DNA of 64,000 nt from Bigelowiella natans CCMP2755 (lineage: Eukaryota > Protista > Cercozoa), in the NCBI GenBank assembly GCA_000320545.1, contig ADNK01001587.1:54925-118924 (forward strand). Direction: 5' to 3'. The position numbers and the translations under genes are program-made. Shown in pieces: positions 36,780-51,800 of the stretch (position 1 is the stretch's first letter; each line of letters starts with the position of its first letter). The notes under the pieces were generated by a model that was given only the letters and a program-made list of their open reading frames with translations, searched no databases and was not told where the DNA came from.

Positions 36780-38088
36780 ATAATAGGCTGTGAAGTGTGT
36801 GTACAAACGTCTAAAAAAGAAGAGGAAAGAAGCGCAGATATCATGTATATTATGAATTTTGTAAGGAGGAACAAAACCAGAGTTACCGAGGATAACGAGA
36901 GGGGGGGAGGGGGGGAGGCGGGAAGGTAGGGAGAGGATGAGTAGTGAGGACAGTGATCTGGTGTTCGTGGTAAATGAGGATGATTTACCATTTACCTTGT
37001 TAATATATTGCCCAATTACCTTACCACCTGGTTCTTTTTGATTTTAAACGAAAGAACAGACAATTTAAGCTGAATCCTCTATCCTAACATTCACTCCTAA
37101 CTGATATATTGAAGGATCGCTAAAGGCAACGAAGCTGGATATAAGTGGAATGCCCGTGTGAATGGATTGCGCGAGGGCTTTAAATTTAAATCTTCTAACA
37201 AAGGATTCCCTTACCTTCGTTTTGGCTATCCAACTAGTACTTACAAATATATAGAACAACCACAAGAAGGAGGAAAACTTAGAAGAGAGGAGAGAGAGAA
37301 AGAGTGAGTGAGTGAGAGAGAGAGAGAGAGAGAGAGAGGGAATATGTGAGAATCGTTGTGATAGTGAAGAAGTCGTACTCTCTTGAGAGCAATTGATCAT
37401 GCGTCATGTGGCAGCAGTAGGGTTGTCTTGCTATTTGAATGTTATAGGACAATGATGGTAAAGAGTTGATAATATGTACTGGCGGTGCTGATCTCATTAA
37501 TGCTGCCTTCTCCATTTTTTTGGGTGTTCCTTCCAGGTACTCATGGCCTCTTATGGGACTCGCGAATTGAGCCCCCGTGCACGATTTTTCTTGTGGATAG
37601 ATACTACAAACCTGAAAACGGTGGCGCGCAGATGGGAAATAGGTAATATAAGTATGAATTAACAATAATAATGGCATAGGAGGAGAAGAGACCAAGAATC
37701 CGCATGGAATAGAATATCAATCAATTAGTTACGAATCAATGGCAGCATAGTATGTATCCCCTTTGCTAGCAAATGTATCATCGTCATCAGTGCTATGACT
37801 ATCACTACTTATGCATAGCTTGCAAAGTCGGGATAATGCCTGGTCGTTTGGGCGTCGATACGCACAGTTAGCGGTGTATTGTGCCGGGGAATCTGTCGGA
37901 AGATGTAAGACTTCAGTAGGCAAGTGGTCCATGCAGGTCCAATCCGTCGTCGTCAAGTTGTAGTAGAAGGAGAAAAAAAAGAAGAAAAGGAAAAATTATA
38001 TCAACAGAATAGACGATCCTTTTTTGTCATTATAATTGAATGATAACCCTTTATAGACTAAACATACCACATCAGCTTGATTGCGCTC

Positions 38089-38155
<67 letters not shown>

Positions 38156-38928
38156 TGTTGAAATTGCCGCTCTAATATCATCGTTTTTGAATCCCCAAAA
38201 ATTAAGGCGGTAACCATAGATAAAGTGCAAAAACAATATAAGTGGTACTTGGATGGCAAGATGCATGCCCTTTCTACTCCATTCCGATTTATGAGTCCGG
38301 GGCGCCTCGCTATTGGCAAGGGTAGACGATCACTTGTAGCAGTGAGGGAAAAGCCGTTATGCCTTCGCAGCAAATAGTAGAATAAATGGTTGCAGTGGAG
38401 TAAAAACTAGGTTAGATTTCAGTTGTATTATTTTGTGCGTTTCAGATGTTGATGATCATGATATTCATCACCATTATCATCATCATCATTATCATCACCA
38501 CCACCATCTCCATCTTCTATGATTAACCAGGTGCTAAATCCCAGTTTGAGTGGTCAACGTTAGACGTCGGGTCGATCGTTGCATACGACGACGTCTTATC
38601 CGAATCTTCCATCAAAAAGGTATTTGACTACTTGTCTCGGAAATACTCAATCATCTGCGAAGGAACAGCAGCAATCTCTCAACCCTTGGGTGGAGTGGAT
38701 GGCATTGATCTTGTGATGTTTAAGCCTCTTGCACTCGAGGTATACATCAAATGATGAGTGATATATGTTCATGCATACATGCATCCATTGTTGTTGTTAG
38801 CTGCTCATTTATTAACTTCCTTTTCACTTTCCTTCCTTTAATTATTGGATGCAAAGGCATGTCGTGCGGTGTTCTGCAAGCATATTAATATTGATATTAG
38901 TGTTGGAAAGGTGTATGTGTGTGTATGT

Positions 38929-38972
<44 letters not shown>

Positions 38973-38986
38973 GTGAGAGAGAGAGA

Positions 38987-39031
<45 letters not shown>

Positions 39032-39799
39032 GCGAGTAGTAATTCACTATCTTCTATCTTCTCCCCAGGTGGTGCCTCAAACCTTGGAGCATTGTGTAAG
39101 TATCCTGACGTGCGTTGAGGCATCGTATTTAGGGCGAAAACCATTCGCAGCTGAGTACTTCCGACAACTGATGGCCATTGGCCGGGACACTCTCACAATC
39201 CTTAAAACTCATCTCCTGCAATATTCGCGAACAATGATGACTCCCGATGCACATCATGTAATCATAAATCTATCAGTAGCGATTGTAATACATTGTGAAA
39301 ATAGTATTGCTGTGATGATACGTCATTGGGGTTTGCGGATAGGTATTGGACGGTGTGTATTTTTTTAGTGGGAGGATGATAGTATTGATGCATATTTTTA
39401 TTTTTACCATGGTCATCAACATCTATCACTATCATCATCATTATCATTATCCCCATGCTTTATCAAACAGATTCGTGACGACGTGATTACGAAGGCTGGA
39501 AATCTTTTGATATCTCTCCTTATTGCCGAACCGAGTTCCTCAAAGATTAGCCTTCATGTGAAAAACGCTATTCGAGGTGGAGCAGGATCTGCGCTTATCG
39601 ACGGGTATGGATTCTTGTTTCCCCAAATACCTAAGCAAATTATGGTACTCAAAGATCTCGTGCTTCGAGAAGAGAAAAACAGCAGCAGCAGCACCAGCAC
39701 CAAATACAACTTGGATTTGAAAGTTGTGATTGAGCGTTTATTCGCTCGATACACGAAGTTCTCTACTTGTGTCCAGGTAGTAATTATGGAATGGCCATT

Positions 39800-39835
<36 letters not shown>

Positions 39836-42800
39836 ATATAGCCGTTGGGAATACAGTAATGTTTCAGTAGCAGTATTAGAAGAGTGAAGACTCAACTCAA
39901 ACTGTTAATGTTATAGTCCTCTTTCTTGCTCACTTTTTCTATCATCCTCTTGATGCTCTGTGGAAATTTTTTGTGTATCAATATGGTAATACTCATCCAT
40001 CAGGTTCTGAACGAGATTGAAGAGGCTGCTACAAGAAACAAAAATGGCACTGAGGATAACACGCCAAAAAAGGCATTCGAAGAATTTCTGGAAATAATGC
40101 TTAATTCTAGCGTTGATATTACGGTAGACGAGCTTAAAAAAGCAAAATTTGGAGCAGATGCTACTGCTAATGGTGGTGCACAGCCAACACTCGAGGCACT
40201 TTGTTCAATGCAAGCGCACATTACTGCGCGCATGACCAAAGCGTGCGCTGCAGCAGATGCTGCGAATAAACTCTCGGAAGATCTTCCTGGAACTCTCCTT
40301 TGTCTAATGACCGATAAACCAAGAAGCTTTACAAAAAACGATTCAGAACCCATTGAAATGAAGTAATTGTGGTGTTGGTTGTGTCGATATATGTAGAAAA
40401 CAAAATGTGCAGAATGGCGATGATGTTATGATGATAATGATGATGACGGTGACGATGAGATGCAAGAACAATAATAATGCACTCGATTATATTGAAAATT
40501 TTGGCATGTCTACATATATTAATTTTGATAATTAATATTAGATATTATTTTCATTATTATCAAGATTTGAGGAGCGACTGAACCCCAAGAAATTCACTGT
40601 TGACTTTTGGATGAAATCAAACGGGACGGGTGCCTATTCTCTTATTTCGAATGGCTCTAGTACCGCAGGAGGTTTCGTGATGACTTCTTCGAACAACTAC
40701 ATTGTCGCGGTATTGTTCAAAGACGGTGGACAAGTCAACTTGCAGGCTCTTGATCAATGCAAAGTAAATGTATGGACGAGAGTCACATTTATTTACGATG
40801 GTGAATGTGCAGAGATCTTCTTAGATCTGAAGTCTTCGAATAAGATAAACATGAGCGACTTCAAGGCGAATAGCACTACCACACTTAAAATAGGGGCAAA
40901 GAACTCATGTGTCATGTATAACTTCAAGATGATGTCGGAAGTTCTAAATAAACTGCAACTTGAGTGCCATGCTGGCAATGACTGTAGAACTTACTTGGAT
41001 AATCTCGAAAAGAAGCTTCAGGACGAAGAGCGGATGGCTAAAAAGAAGAGTGAGCTTGAGGGAGGAAAAATCACTAGGGTTACATTGGAGGATCAGCGTG
41101 ACCACTCAGAACTGACGATTGAACACCTCAAGGACAAAAAGATTATGTCACTATTCCTCGGTAGTGGTGGCTATGGCACAACGAAAGACAACAAAGACGA
41201 TAATGCAGTAGCTGTGATTCCAATACTGAAATCAGTCTCATATGACCTTAAGACACGTATGTTAGTGTTTAAAGGAGAAGGGTTCTCTTCTAACGACAAG
41301 AAAGAGGGAAAAGAAGGAGAGAAACTAGCAACGACGTGCGACATCCCAATTGTAGATTCCGTAAAACTGGAAGAATCTAAAGTACTTGATACGATTCAGA
41401 GCTTAGCTTATATGAGCAAGCCTGCAAGCAGCGGTAGCGTGAATTTCACATTGCCAACTGAAAAGCAGGTCATTGCAGCTCTGAAGGAGGCTAAGAAGAA
41501 GAGAGCAACCGATCATAAAAGTACTACTACGAAGCAATGTGGCGAAAATGGCATGCCCCCTCTTGCCCCGACAAAACTTACCAAATCAAAAAAAATTGGG
41601 ATGCTAAAGAAGTTAGATATGTCTGGAGAGTCATCCTCTGCTACTTCTACATCCTCTGCTACTAATGGCGATCGCTCATCTCCTTCCTTCTCTGCTGTTA
41701 CCACGCCAAGGTCGCGAAAGCGAGGCAGTAATGTATCAAAACTCATGGAGTTATATTCGAAACCTAATGAGGGAAAGGAAAAGAAATCACAGCTGCCGAT
41801 GAAGGGAAAATCAAAACAAAAGACTAACATGAAGGGAAATGCGAAAATCGATACAGAAAGTAATGAAATAAAGGCGGAAGATAAGAAAAATAGTAGTTGC
41901 ATTCACGAGGAAATGAGTTCAAAGACGACGAAGGAAAAGAAAGAGGAAATAGAAGTTGAACAGAAGGAAAGCGATGGTAATGCCACTGGAGATGATGATG
42001 GAAACACTGCTAGGTCGAGCACGGTGTCATCCAATATGTCAAAGGAAGAAATGGAAGCAAAAGAAAGGAAACGCATAGAGGAACTTATTGAAAGACGATT
42101 TAAGATCGCCTCAGATGCATATAAGAACCGTTTGGCTGCAAACAGGGCTAAGACAAAGGCTGTTAATGATCTCTACATCCAGTTGCTTTCTAAATATGCA
42201 GTTATAGTTCTGGATGCAAGCAACAGAATTCTCTTAACCTATTGTACAAAGATTAGTTCAGCAGTCATTGCTTCGAAGACAAAGGCAACACCAGAAGCAG
42301 CAGGAGCAGCAGAATTGGAACTACGCCCATTTCTAATATCAATGGCGAAGACACTACATAACTCAATCGTGTCAAAGATATATCCGCCTCTTCTATCAAA
42401 CCTGACATCACTAGCAGATCCAAACTTTGCAAACATCACAGCAATATTCCTGGCTCCGTTATTGACACTTGTTGACACACACCAAAAACTTGCCGTCGAT
42501 TTCTCTATTTACCATTTCAAGTTGGAGTTACGAGATAGCAATCTAAGCAACGATAAAAAAGATCAGAAACAGAGAGACCGTGACTCTGAACTGAAACAAA
42601 TGAAATGGATATGTCATTATCTTCCTAGCTTGTGTACGAGTACATGCAGCCGTATTGCTCAATCACTTGTCAGAAGCATTCCAAAACACGGAATCGAGAA
42701 CAAGGGTGAGGAAAAATGGATGGAGACGCCGATGTTTAGGGGGGGCTTGGTTAGTGATGATGGTGATAATAGTGGTGATTCTGAAAATAAGACAGCAGCT

Positions 42801-45800
42801 GAGGACGGACCACATAATAAAAGGGAATCGTATGATCTTTCTAAGTCGGAGGAAACTAAGCTTATTGCCCGTATAATGAAATGTGGCATTGAGGGAAAGA
42901 ACAGCACTGATACAAATATGAAAGAGCTATGGGCTGATATAAAGCAGCGAGCTGGCAAAAGATCACGCGTACAAAAATCAATCCAAAAACAAGCGGATGA
43001 ATGTACGGTCGGTATCTTCTGTGTAATTACAAAACATGTGCATCTGTTAAAAGCTGTGACAGAAATTCTAGACGAGGGAGATCTTGAAAATAGCAATCAG
43101 AAGGTAATGGGTCTCTTGGCTGACTACTATCGCACAGCAAGCACGGTTGGCAACATCATGAGAGTTATGAAGGGTCAGGCTGGTGACGTGGGAGTTTTTC
43201 ATGCAAACACGATGAAGAGGATAAGGTTCTTCCTAGAATTGGAACCAGCGCCTTCAGTATCACCAGCTAAAGGTATCTACCAAGATCTGTTACCTAATAT
43301 GAAAACGAAACTTAGAAGGCGTTCCTCTGTTGGTCTTTCTATCCCTCAACATGCTCCGCAAATAAGACGCACACGTTCTGTGCTGAAGCCCAAATCTAAG
43401 TGGAGAAAGGCCAAGATTATTCTCACACTCCTACGCACAGCTTTTAAGGCCGTTAGTCGTCTAAAGAGATTGATGCTTCTGTCGCGCATGCGTGGTAACT
43501 TTGACAATGAGGAAACGAAGGGAAAGATTTCTGAGGACAAGCGACTAGTGTCTGACTTGATGAAGATCATTAATATGTCTGACAACAGGTTTAAGGTAGA
43601 AGACATGCGCTTGGCCTTAGATAAACAAAGAGAGCGTGCGATGCTTCGGCTTCAGGGTCTCAAAGTATTTAACAGGCTCAGTGAAACCGTTATCAATTAT
43701 CACTCAAAGCTTTCCGACATGCTATCTGTGGCCGTGAAGGAATACCTTGGTAGCGATACCAATGTGACTGATAATAAAAATGCTGCTGCATCACCAAGGG
43801 AGCAGAAGACATGTAAAGAGCGCCAGCAGACTGACTTGCACGCAAAGGCGAAGAAAATTGTCGCAGATCGTAGTGGCATTCCTACCGTCATTAGCGCGTT
43901 GAGCAAATCTTTTGGATCAAATACCATGGTTAAAGACGGAGTTGTTGATTTGAAAGTAAATGAATCATCGTCTCTTTTTCCTGACCATTATCTCTCAGAT
44001 GTTGAAACAGTGGGTTTAAGCTTATGGAAACAATTGGGAGAGGAATACTATGGAGTTGTGCGCAAGTTAGTGAATATTAAGCACGACAAGCTTGATCCAA
44101 ATACTACTCTCAGTGCAATACAAATGTGCAACATGGATCTTCGAACAGAAGATTTGCAGCATATAAACGACGTTGGCATTATTCCTTTTATCACACCTCT
44201 CATTAAATATCCGATTATTGATGCGCTACCGTTACGTAAACTCTTGCTGGATAGAAAGGTTAATGATAAGATTTCTGATGAAAGCGCAGCGAATGATCTA
44301 TTCAAGTGTCTTTCTTCCTCTTTGGTTACAGTGGATGCTGAGGCGTTAAAGGTGAGATACGCCGCGTGGACTCTATTTCGCTATATAGCTTATCTTGGCG
44401 CAGATTATCCCATTCTTTCACACGTCATGTTAGATAATGTCAAGGAACAACTTTCCCTTTTAGCGAAGCTCATTTCGTTCCAAACGTTGCCTATTAGTCT
44501 TAAAAAAGAAATCAAAGAGAATCACATATTGTTAGAGAAGCAATGGACAAGGCAAGTTGAGAAGAAAAAAATAGCAGAGAAAGCTAGTAAGGCCCTAGCT
44601 CATAAGCTGGAGCGTCCGTTTTTTTGCTTCAACTTTTCCTCGCAACAAAGCAGCAGAGATCTTCCCGAATACTGCAGCTGGTATGGCGAAAAAGGCGATG
44701 GTAACGTTCCTACTCCTAATGTTGAATTAGGAGCTTTAAGAGGAGATGAAGGAGGATTAGAGATTCCTAAGTCGTTCCTTTTGGCATTTACAAATCCCCT
44801 CAAAACAGACAAATTGCTAAGTGACTACAGCGTTGTACTGGATCTTAAGGTTGATAAGTTATCGAAGGATGCTAAAAATGGTATACCTCTATTTGCTGCC
44901 AAAACCGGGAAAAAATCAACGCAAGTCTTTATTACATCGAACGGAATTGTTGGTTTTGAAGCCCGTTCCTCGGAAGCAAAAGAAGGAAAGGAAGACATTG
45001 GTAGAGTGAAACCAAATGAGTGGCAACGTATCGTCATTGTTGTAAAAGCATCAAGCACTAAAATTAGTACTTATGTTAATGGGAAAAAATCATCTGAAAA
45101 AGTCAGCCATGTGATCTCCCCTACATCCTCGTACACAATAGCAAATGAGAGTTTCGGAGTATTTCCTTGCTTTCCACGTGTTCCAGAAGATGTTCATCGA
45201 TTTCTCTATGGCGTGAAGATCATCACTAGAAGTCTATCCGATGGAGAAGTGACCGAAATGGCCGGACTTCCCACCGAGATGAAAGTTAGGCATAATCATA
45301 AGTATCAGATGGCTGTCAAGGCACTTTTCCGTATACTACAGCAGCCACATAAAGCTAAAAACTTTTTGAAGCTGGATTTAAAGGCTTCCGTTTTCGATGA
45401 AGAGGGGATGAAGGACGTGTTGGATATGGAAGAATTGGTTGAAGGTTATTGCGTGGCACAGAAGATTGCCCAAGATAAGTTCGTCGAAAAAATATACATG
45501 GACGATTGGAGCGAGTTATTTATATGGTCTGCATCTGTATCTGATATTAAATTGGTCGATACGATTCCATCTCTTTCAGCGGTTGTCAAATATTATCAAC
45601 AGCGAACAGCCCAAGCGATCAAAATCAAAGTTAATGTTGCTAAGGATGGTTCTGATCATACTCTCACGATCTACGGTGATACGAAGGTCGACGATATACT
45701 CAGGATGCTTGAGGAGGAAGAAAAGGTTAACACGAAAAATATGGAGTTGGTATTGAACCCGATGTCGCAAATTTCGCAATCATCGTCCTCTTCGGCTTCA

Positions 45801-48800
45801 TCGTCAATCTCCTCGTACGTAATCCTAGAAGGAACACAAACGGTTAAAGAACTTAACTTGACTGATTCCTCTTCAGTGACATTAATTGAAAGCAAGAGAC
45901 AAATGGTTGCCAGTAGAAGATTCTGGGCTTCCTTTGATCGGTTTGCCCACCTTCAAGATGCTAGTATGAACTGGTACCGTGTGTCATCCTTAGAGCGCGA
46001 GCTGCGAAACTCGGAGAAATCATGGGTTCCTTCATCCGCAGAGATTTCGATTTACTTAGCACAAATGATGTGGTTAACGCTTCGAATTTCAAAGTGCCGT
46101 GAGATCTCGGAACGTGTGCGTAACGCTGACTGGATGAACATATTGCTCACATTAGCACTGAAAAGGCCCGTGAACCCAACCCCAGAGTCTGTTGAGCCGT
46201 CTCTATTAACAAGTGGCATTCTCGCAGCCAAAATGTTGCAGCTCCATCTACCATACATACACCCTACAAACCCAGGTCTAAACCTGAATGGGGAAGATAT
46301 TCTCAAGATGATATTCGAGAAGGTCGTTGGATTTATGTTCCCTTGCAGTAACAGGGAGAGTGGAGACGAGAAAAAGGGCGAAAAAGGATGGAATAAAAAG
46401 AGGAAGCCATCTCAACATGTTTGGGAGGCATATGACCGTGTTTTTTCCAAATATTGCCTTTCAGGGTTTGCTATGTGCTGGGAACTTGTCCATGTTTATC
46501 GTAAGCTTCTATCCGGTGGCAGCAAATTAGTACAGGATGAATGGCGAGAGCTATGTGATATCCGGCTTTTCGACGCGCTCTCTGGATTGAGAGACCCTGA
46601 GGTCCACAAAGCTTTGGAAGGTGGTACGCAGAGCGTCAACGACGATGATAATAATTACAATGGACGGGAGCAAAAAGACGCAAAAATCGTTAATAAGATC
46701 CGAGACATTGCTTGTGCTCTACTAATTCTCGGAGGAGAGACAGAGCCAATTCGTGAGGGAGCTCGTGTTGCAGTCGAAGGAGAAAGTGAACGCGGCACTA
46801 TAATTGAAGTCGTCTCACAGGCTGAAGAGTCCTTTTACAAAAAGAACGGTTTACAGATAAAGCTGCAGAATGACGAAAACAAGCACAGTGATATCAAGAC
46901 AACGGGTGGAGGACGTATTGTAAAGCTAACAGTTCTCCTTGATGGGGATACTACTGTATGCCTCACTGGAGAGGATATCGCCAAAGTTACTTGTTTCAGT
47001 GACTCAAATCTCGCTTTCCAGAGTATCTCTCGCTCAGATGAAATTGCTAATTTACTTGGATCATTCATTTCTGTAACAGTATCAACACCCTTTGGTAGCC
47101 GCTTGAAACGCATGTGCCTAAACGCTTTGCGCAACTTCCTTAAACGGCCACAAATGTGTCGAATTTTTTCAAATCTTGGATACGCAAAAAGGTTAGCTCA
47201 ATTTTCTCTTGGATTATCACCTTCTGTCGCCAAGATGCCTCTTTCAGTTGAAAATCTTGAGAGTCGTCTATTCACTATTGATAGTTACGATCGAGGGGCT
47301 GCTTTCACATGCGAGCCCACTAGACAGGGAGTTAGCGGTGTTGTTAGCTCTGGGTTTTTCCCTCAAGGATCGCTCTCACTACACTCTTACGGGAAGTTGA
47401 ACACGAACGAAGGGCCATCTAACAATGCTGGTCTTTTTGAAAAGTTTCCTCAACATGCGGAGGTCAAGTACGCTTGCGGGCTTACAATATTTTCTATGAT
47501 TCTTACCACAGATGGTACATTATACGCATATGGGCGAAATCAATATGGTTGCTTAGGCATCGGTCGTGATCCTTCATCCTCAATACCAAAACCTATTAAA
47601 ACCTCTGTCAAGTTTTCTCAAGTAGCCACTGGCCAAGCCCATGCCATTGCTGTAAGTGTTGATGGAAAAACCTATGGATGGGGCGATAACTATTACGGAC
47701 AACTTGGTGTGTAACATAGCATAAACCAAAATAGAAAATATCTACAATACAATATTTACAGCTTTCAAACATAATATGAGGTAATGCATCGATGTGCTCT
47801 TGACGAGACGTTATTGCCTCTATCCTTTTGCTGTTACCGTTCCTTCTAATGTGCAATGTATAATGTATGCTGCAACAACTGACTGATTCCATTTTTATGT
47901 ATCAACAATTCACAGGCACTGGCGATTCCGTGGAACACCAGCAACCTCTCCTACTCACTTATTACAGTTCAAAGAAAGTATCTGTTATTGGTTGCGGCAC
48001 AGATCACACTCATATTGTTGTTCCGGGGGAGGGTGTGTATTCACATGGGCAAAATCCTGCGGGTCAATTAGGTATTGGCACTACAGGTAGCAGCCAAAAC
48101 TACAATCCTCAGTTGATGAAGGGGGACATTGCTGATGTAGAAGTCGTACAAATCGTCGGGATTTCAAATGCGGGACTCGCAATATCCAAGAATGGGGAGC
48201 TGTACTCTTGGGGCTCTGGCCCTGGAAAGATGAGTCCTAATGCAAATATTTGCGAGATCACCGATGTACTATGTCTCCAACATAACTCGACCGTTTCTAA
48301 CAATATTGACGATTTAAAATCTATCTTTTGTACTAAGAGTGATAGTCGTAGTCGTAGTCGTAGTCTACCATACATATCCCGCCGATCATCATTTATGCAT
48401 ATAACGGTAAACATATGACATCCATTGTTCCATGGTATTGTGAGTCTTGTATCTTGGTTTAGTTCACCGGTTCATTTCTCACTATTATCTTCGAAGTATC
48501 GTCATCACTTTACTACATCCATTCTTACCATATTCATTTAATCTAACCAGGCTAAGGGACCGTGGATTCAAGTTGCATGTGCTAATAATGACGTATGTGT
48601 CGTCAACACAATTGGTGAGGTTTGGATGTTTGGTCAGACCAACAATCTTCTATGTCAGCTCCCGGTTCAAAAATGGGGAAGAATACCACTACCACAGGAT
48701 GCAAAATGCAATTACCTTGCAATGTGCTATACGCACGTAGTGGCCTCGTGTGATGGCAATAAATTGTATAGTTGGGGCACAGAAGGTTCATTCTCGATTC

Positions 48801-51800
48801 TAGATTCAAAAACCGATAATACCTACCGAGTTATAAACACGCCACGAGAATTAAAATTCGATGAAAAGGTCTTCTCACTTTGCTGTTTCGAGAACCACAC
48901 CTTCGTATTGACAGGTATATCTCGAGTTAGACCTCCAACTCCCTACGTGTACGACAAATCTGCAGGTTATTCCGCTGTAGCAGGAGGGTCTGAGGAAGAG
49001 CCCCCTCTTCCTCCCTACCCGCTTTCGGCATACCTACTAGGCGAGGGAAAAATCGTGACAAAAGACGTCGATGATGGCTTAGTAGAGTTCAATATATACT
49101 CTCATGCAGACAGAGATATGGTTGATGCGAGTCAAAATACAAGCTCGTCGGTGTTCGGTGCTAAGACCTCTCATAAGTTTTTCGCTTTTGTGAACCCCGT
49201 CTCCGGCACAGAGCGTATAAATATAATCACCAAGCCGTGCCCAGGGGAGAAAGAGGGTAAGCAGTACTACAGTTTATGCATTGATAGTCCAGATGCTAAG
49301 AACGGTTGGCAGATGTCTCCAGATTCGGTCAATCATTTCTTCGCATACCAGGAAAAATTGGAGGAGACTGTCAAATTTGTAGCTGTATCGCGAAAATCGG
49401 CTCCAAACTGTGTTAAAGTGCGTAAGGCTTCTAGCATCGAAAAGGATATTGACAAGTATGATATTCTCCTCAGCTTTTATGCATACACTGATGCAAGTCA
49501 GTTCAATGCCAAGGTTGTGTTGGATGAAATTGGAGAGACGCATGCGAAGTTGTCACTTTTTACATCGATTGACGAAAAGATGGGAGCTCTTGTCATGGCA
49601 GACAGCAATATCCTTACATGCTCTGCAAAGCCTCTTTTCCAAAAGATAAATACTGACAAGCAAAATCAGATCCTAGTCGGAGGAAAGGAAAAGAGGGAGG
49701 TTAGAAAATTCGCTTTCACCCTCTCCCTAATGCTCAATGGTAATGGTAAGTCGCTTTCAGCCAAAAAACTACTCAGTTTTCCCGGTTTCTCGATGGGATT
49801 TGCAGACCAGAGTCTCTTAATTGGAGAATATGATGGAAATGATAGTGAAACAAAGAAGTTCCCTCTGAAAGAAGAAACTGAGAAGAAGGAAAATGATGAT
49901 GATGATGAGAAAGAGGACACGACAGCTGATAAATGGATTAGAATTACTATCGTATGCGACATGGCAAATATTAGCAATAATGAGGACAAGAAGACGAGTA
50001 ATGGGAATGATGATGGTCCGAACGATGATGTTCTGCAAATTACTGTTTTCGTGGACCATTCTAAGACTGCGACAGTTACTATACCCAAGGAGGCTTGTTT
50101 GAAGAGGTTTGGAGATGAGAAATCTTGCATAGAGCTCGTAGACGGTTTCACAGGCCTCATTAAACAAGTTGCTATGTGGGAATTTGCCCTATCTGAAGAA
50201 CATGTTCGTTGTCTTCTAGCCCATGGCCTATCGAATATTCGCTCAGACTTTAAGGTGGCAAGAGAGGAAGTGGAAACCCTCAAGACTTTTGATTTTACTG
50301 AAGAGCAAAAATACATGTTTAATAATAAAGAAAACGGTGGAATGATAGTAGTAGATGGGCAATCAAGCTGGCTGTCAGCCCAAACACTTGTTGAAGCTGC
50401 AGCTGCAAATACAGGCAATGAACAAAAAATGGCACTTGGAAAGAAGCTAATTGGAAAGGCACTTAAGTTAGGAGAAGGCAGTGTATTGAGGCTCAAACAT
50501 ACAATTCGAAATGACAAAAAAAGCGCAAGCTCAAGACTTGAACCCCTTTCAAAATATCTCATAGTAGCGGATGTGTTTTTACCGAAATGCAAGGAGCCAT
50601 ATACATTATTTGATTGTACAGGGCAAGATGAGCTCAAGCCTGAAGTTTCGAGTAGTTTCCGCGGTCTTAGTTCCACTAAAGGTGGATTTCCCTCTTGTGG
50701 TGTTCGTTGGGCACAAACACGGTCGCCCATTCCAGGCACACCTTCAACTTTTGAGTGTTGGTTGTTGTTGCCTAAGAATGCATCTACAGCAATGCCAACT
50801 TTAGGAACACTTGCTGGCAATAAGTATATGTCTTGGTTCATACAAAATAACGGCAATGTGTGCGTTACCTGGTCGAGCGATCTTGGAATCACATCCAAAA
50901 AGTTCGGAACTGTTAATGTGAGAACTGGTTTGTGGGTTCATGTTGCCGTCGTCATCGACATGAAGCTAAAAACTGTAACTTTATATATTGATGGCCAGGT
51001 AGCTGAAAAGGCCAAGAAGTTTGTAAATTTGCCAACAAATTTTTCGGAAGAAAAAGCATTTATTGGAAATGACACACTGGAACCTACGACTTGCTTTTCT
51101 GGTAAACTGAGGGATGTACGAATGTGGGCCGTCGCTAGGTCCCCAAAGGAAGTGCAAGAAAGCATGGAGGGAGGAAAGATTTCAGGAAACGAAAAGGGCC
51201 TCATCTGTTGGTATAAACTAAATGAAAGCGGTCCTTTTAATACGGGTGTAGTCGAGAAACTGGCCAAGAAAGCCGCTGGAGCTGGACCGTCATCTGACGG
51301 GGTCGTTGGTGACGATGACATGGACTTCTCTCATCCCCATCTACAGCCTCTCCTTGATATGGGCTACGATGAAATGTTAGCAATGTGGGCACTTGAAGAA
51401 ACAGGATATGAATCTGTCGATGAGGCCATTGGTTTCTTAGCTGACGAAGACGAAGTTAGTATGCCAGAGGAGTTCAAGGAAGCTTACAACCAAGCAAAAG
51501 GAGGGGGGCATGCAGGAGCAGAAGATAAGGATGAAGATGAAGATGATGATGATGATGATGATGAGGGAGAGGACGAGGAAGAGGATGCAAAAGAGGGTAA
51601 TGTAGACTCTATGGGAAAAGGTGATAGTGACGAGGAAAAGAAAATTACAGGCCCGTTATCATCAACATCTGCTGCTGCCACTGCTGCTGCAGAGGGGCCA
51701 AAAGGTGAAGTTGCTGAAGTTAAAGCAAGTGAACTCAAAGCCGTAATTGGAAAGCAGAAAAGGAAGAAAAAAAAAAAGATAGAGAAGAGCCTTGAGGAAC

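Noticed and set aside
136-39368. Many short ORFs with poly-CV, HT, ER, SL, IY, H or S tracts
   Set aside because: They are translations of intronic microsatellites.
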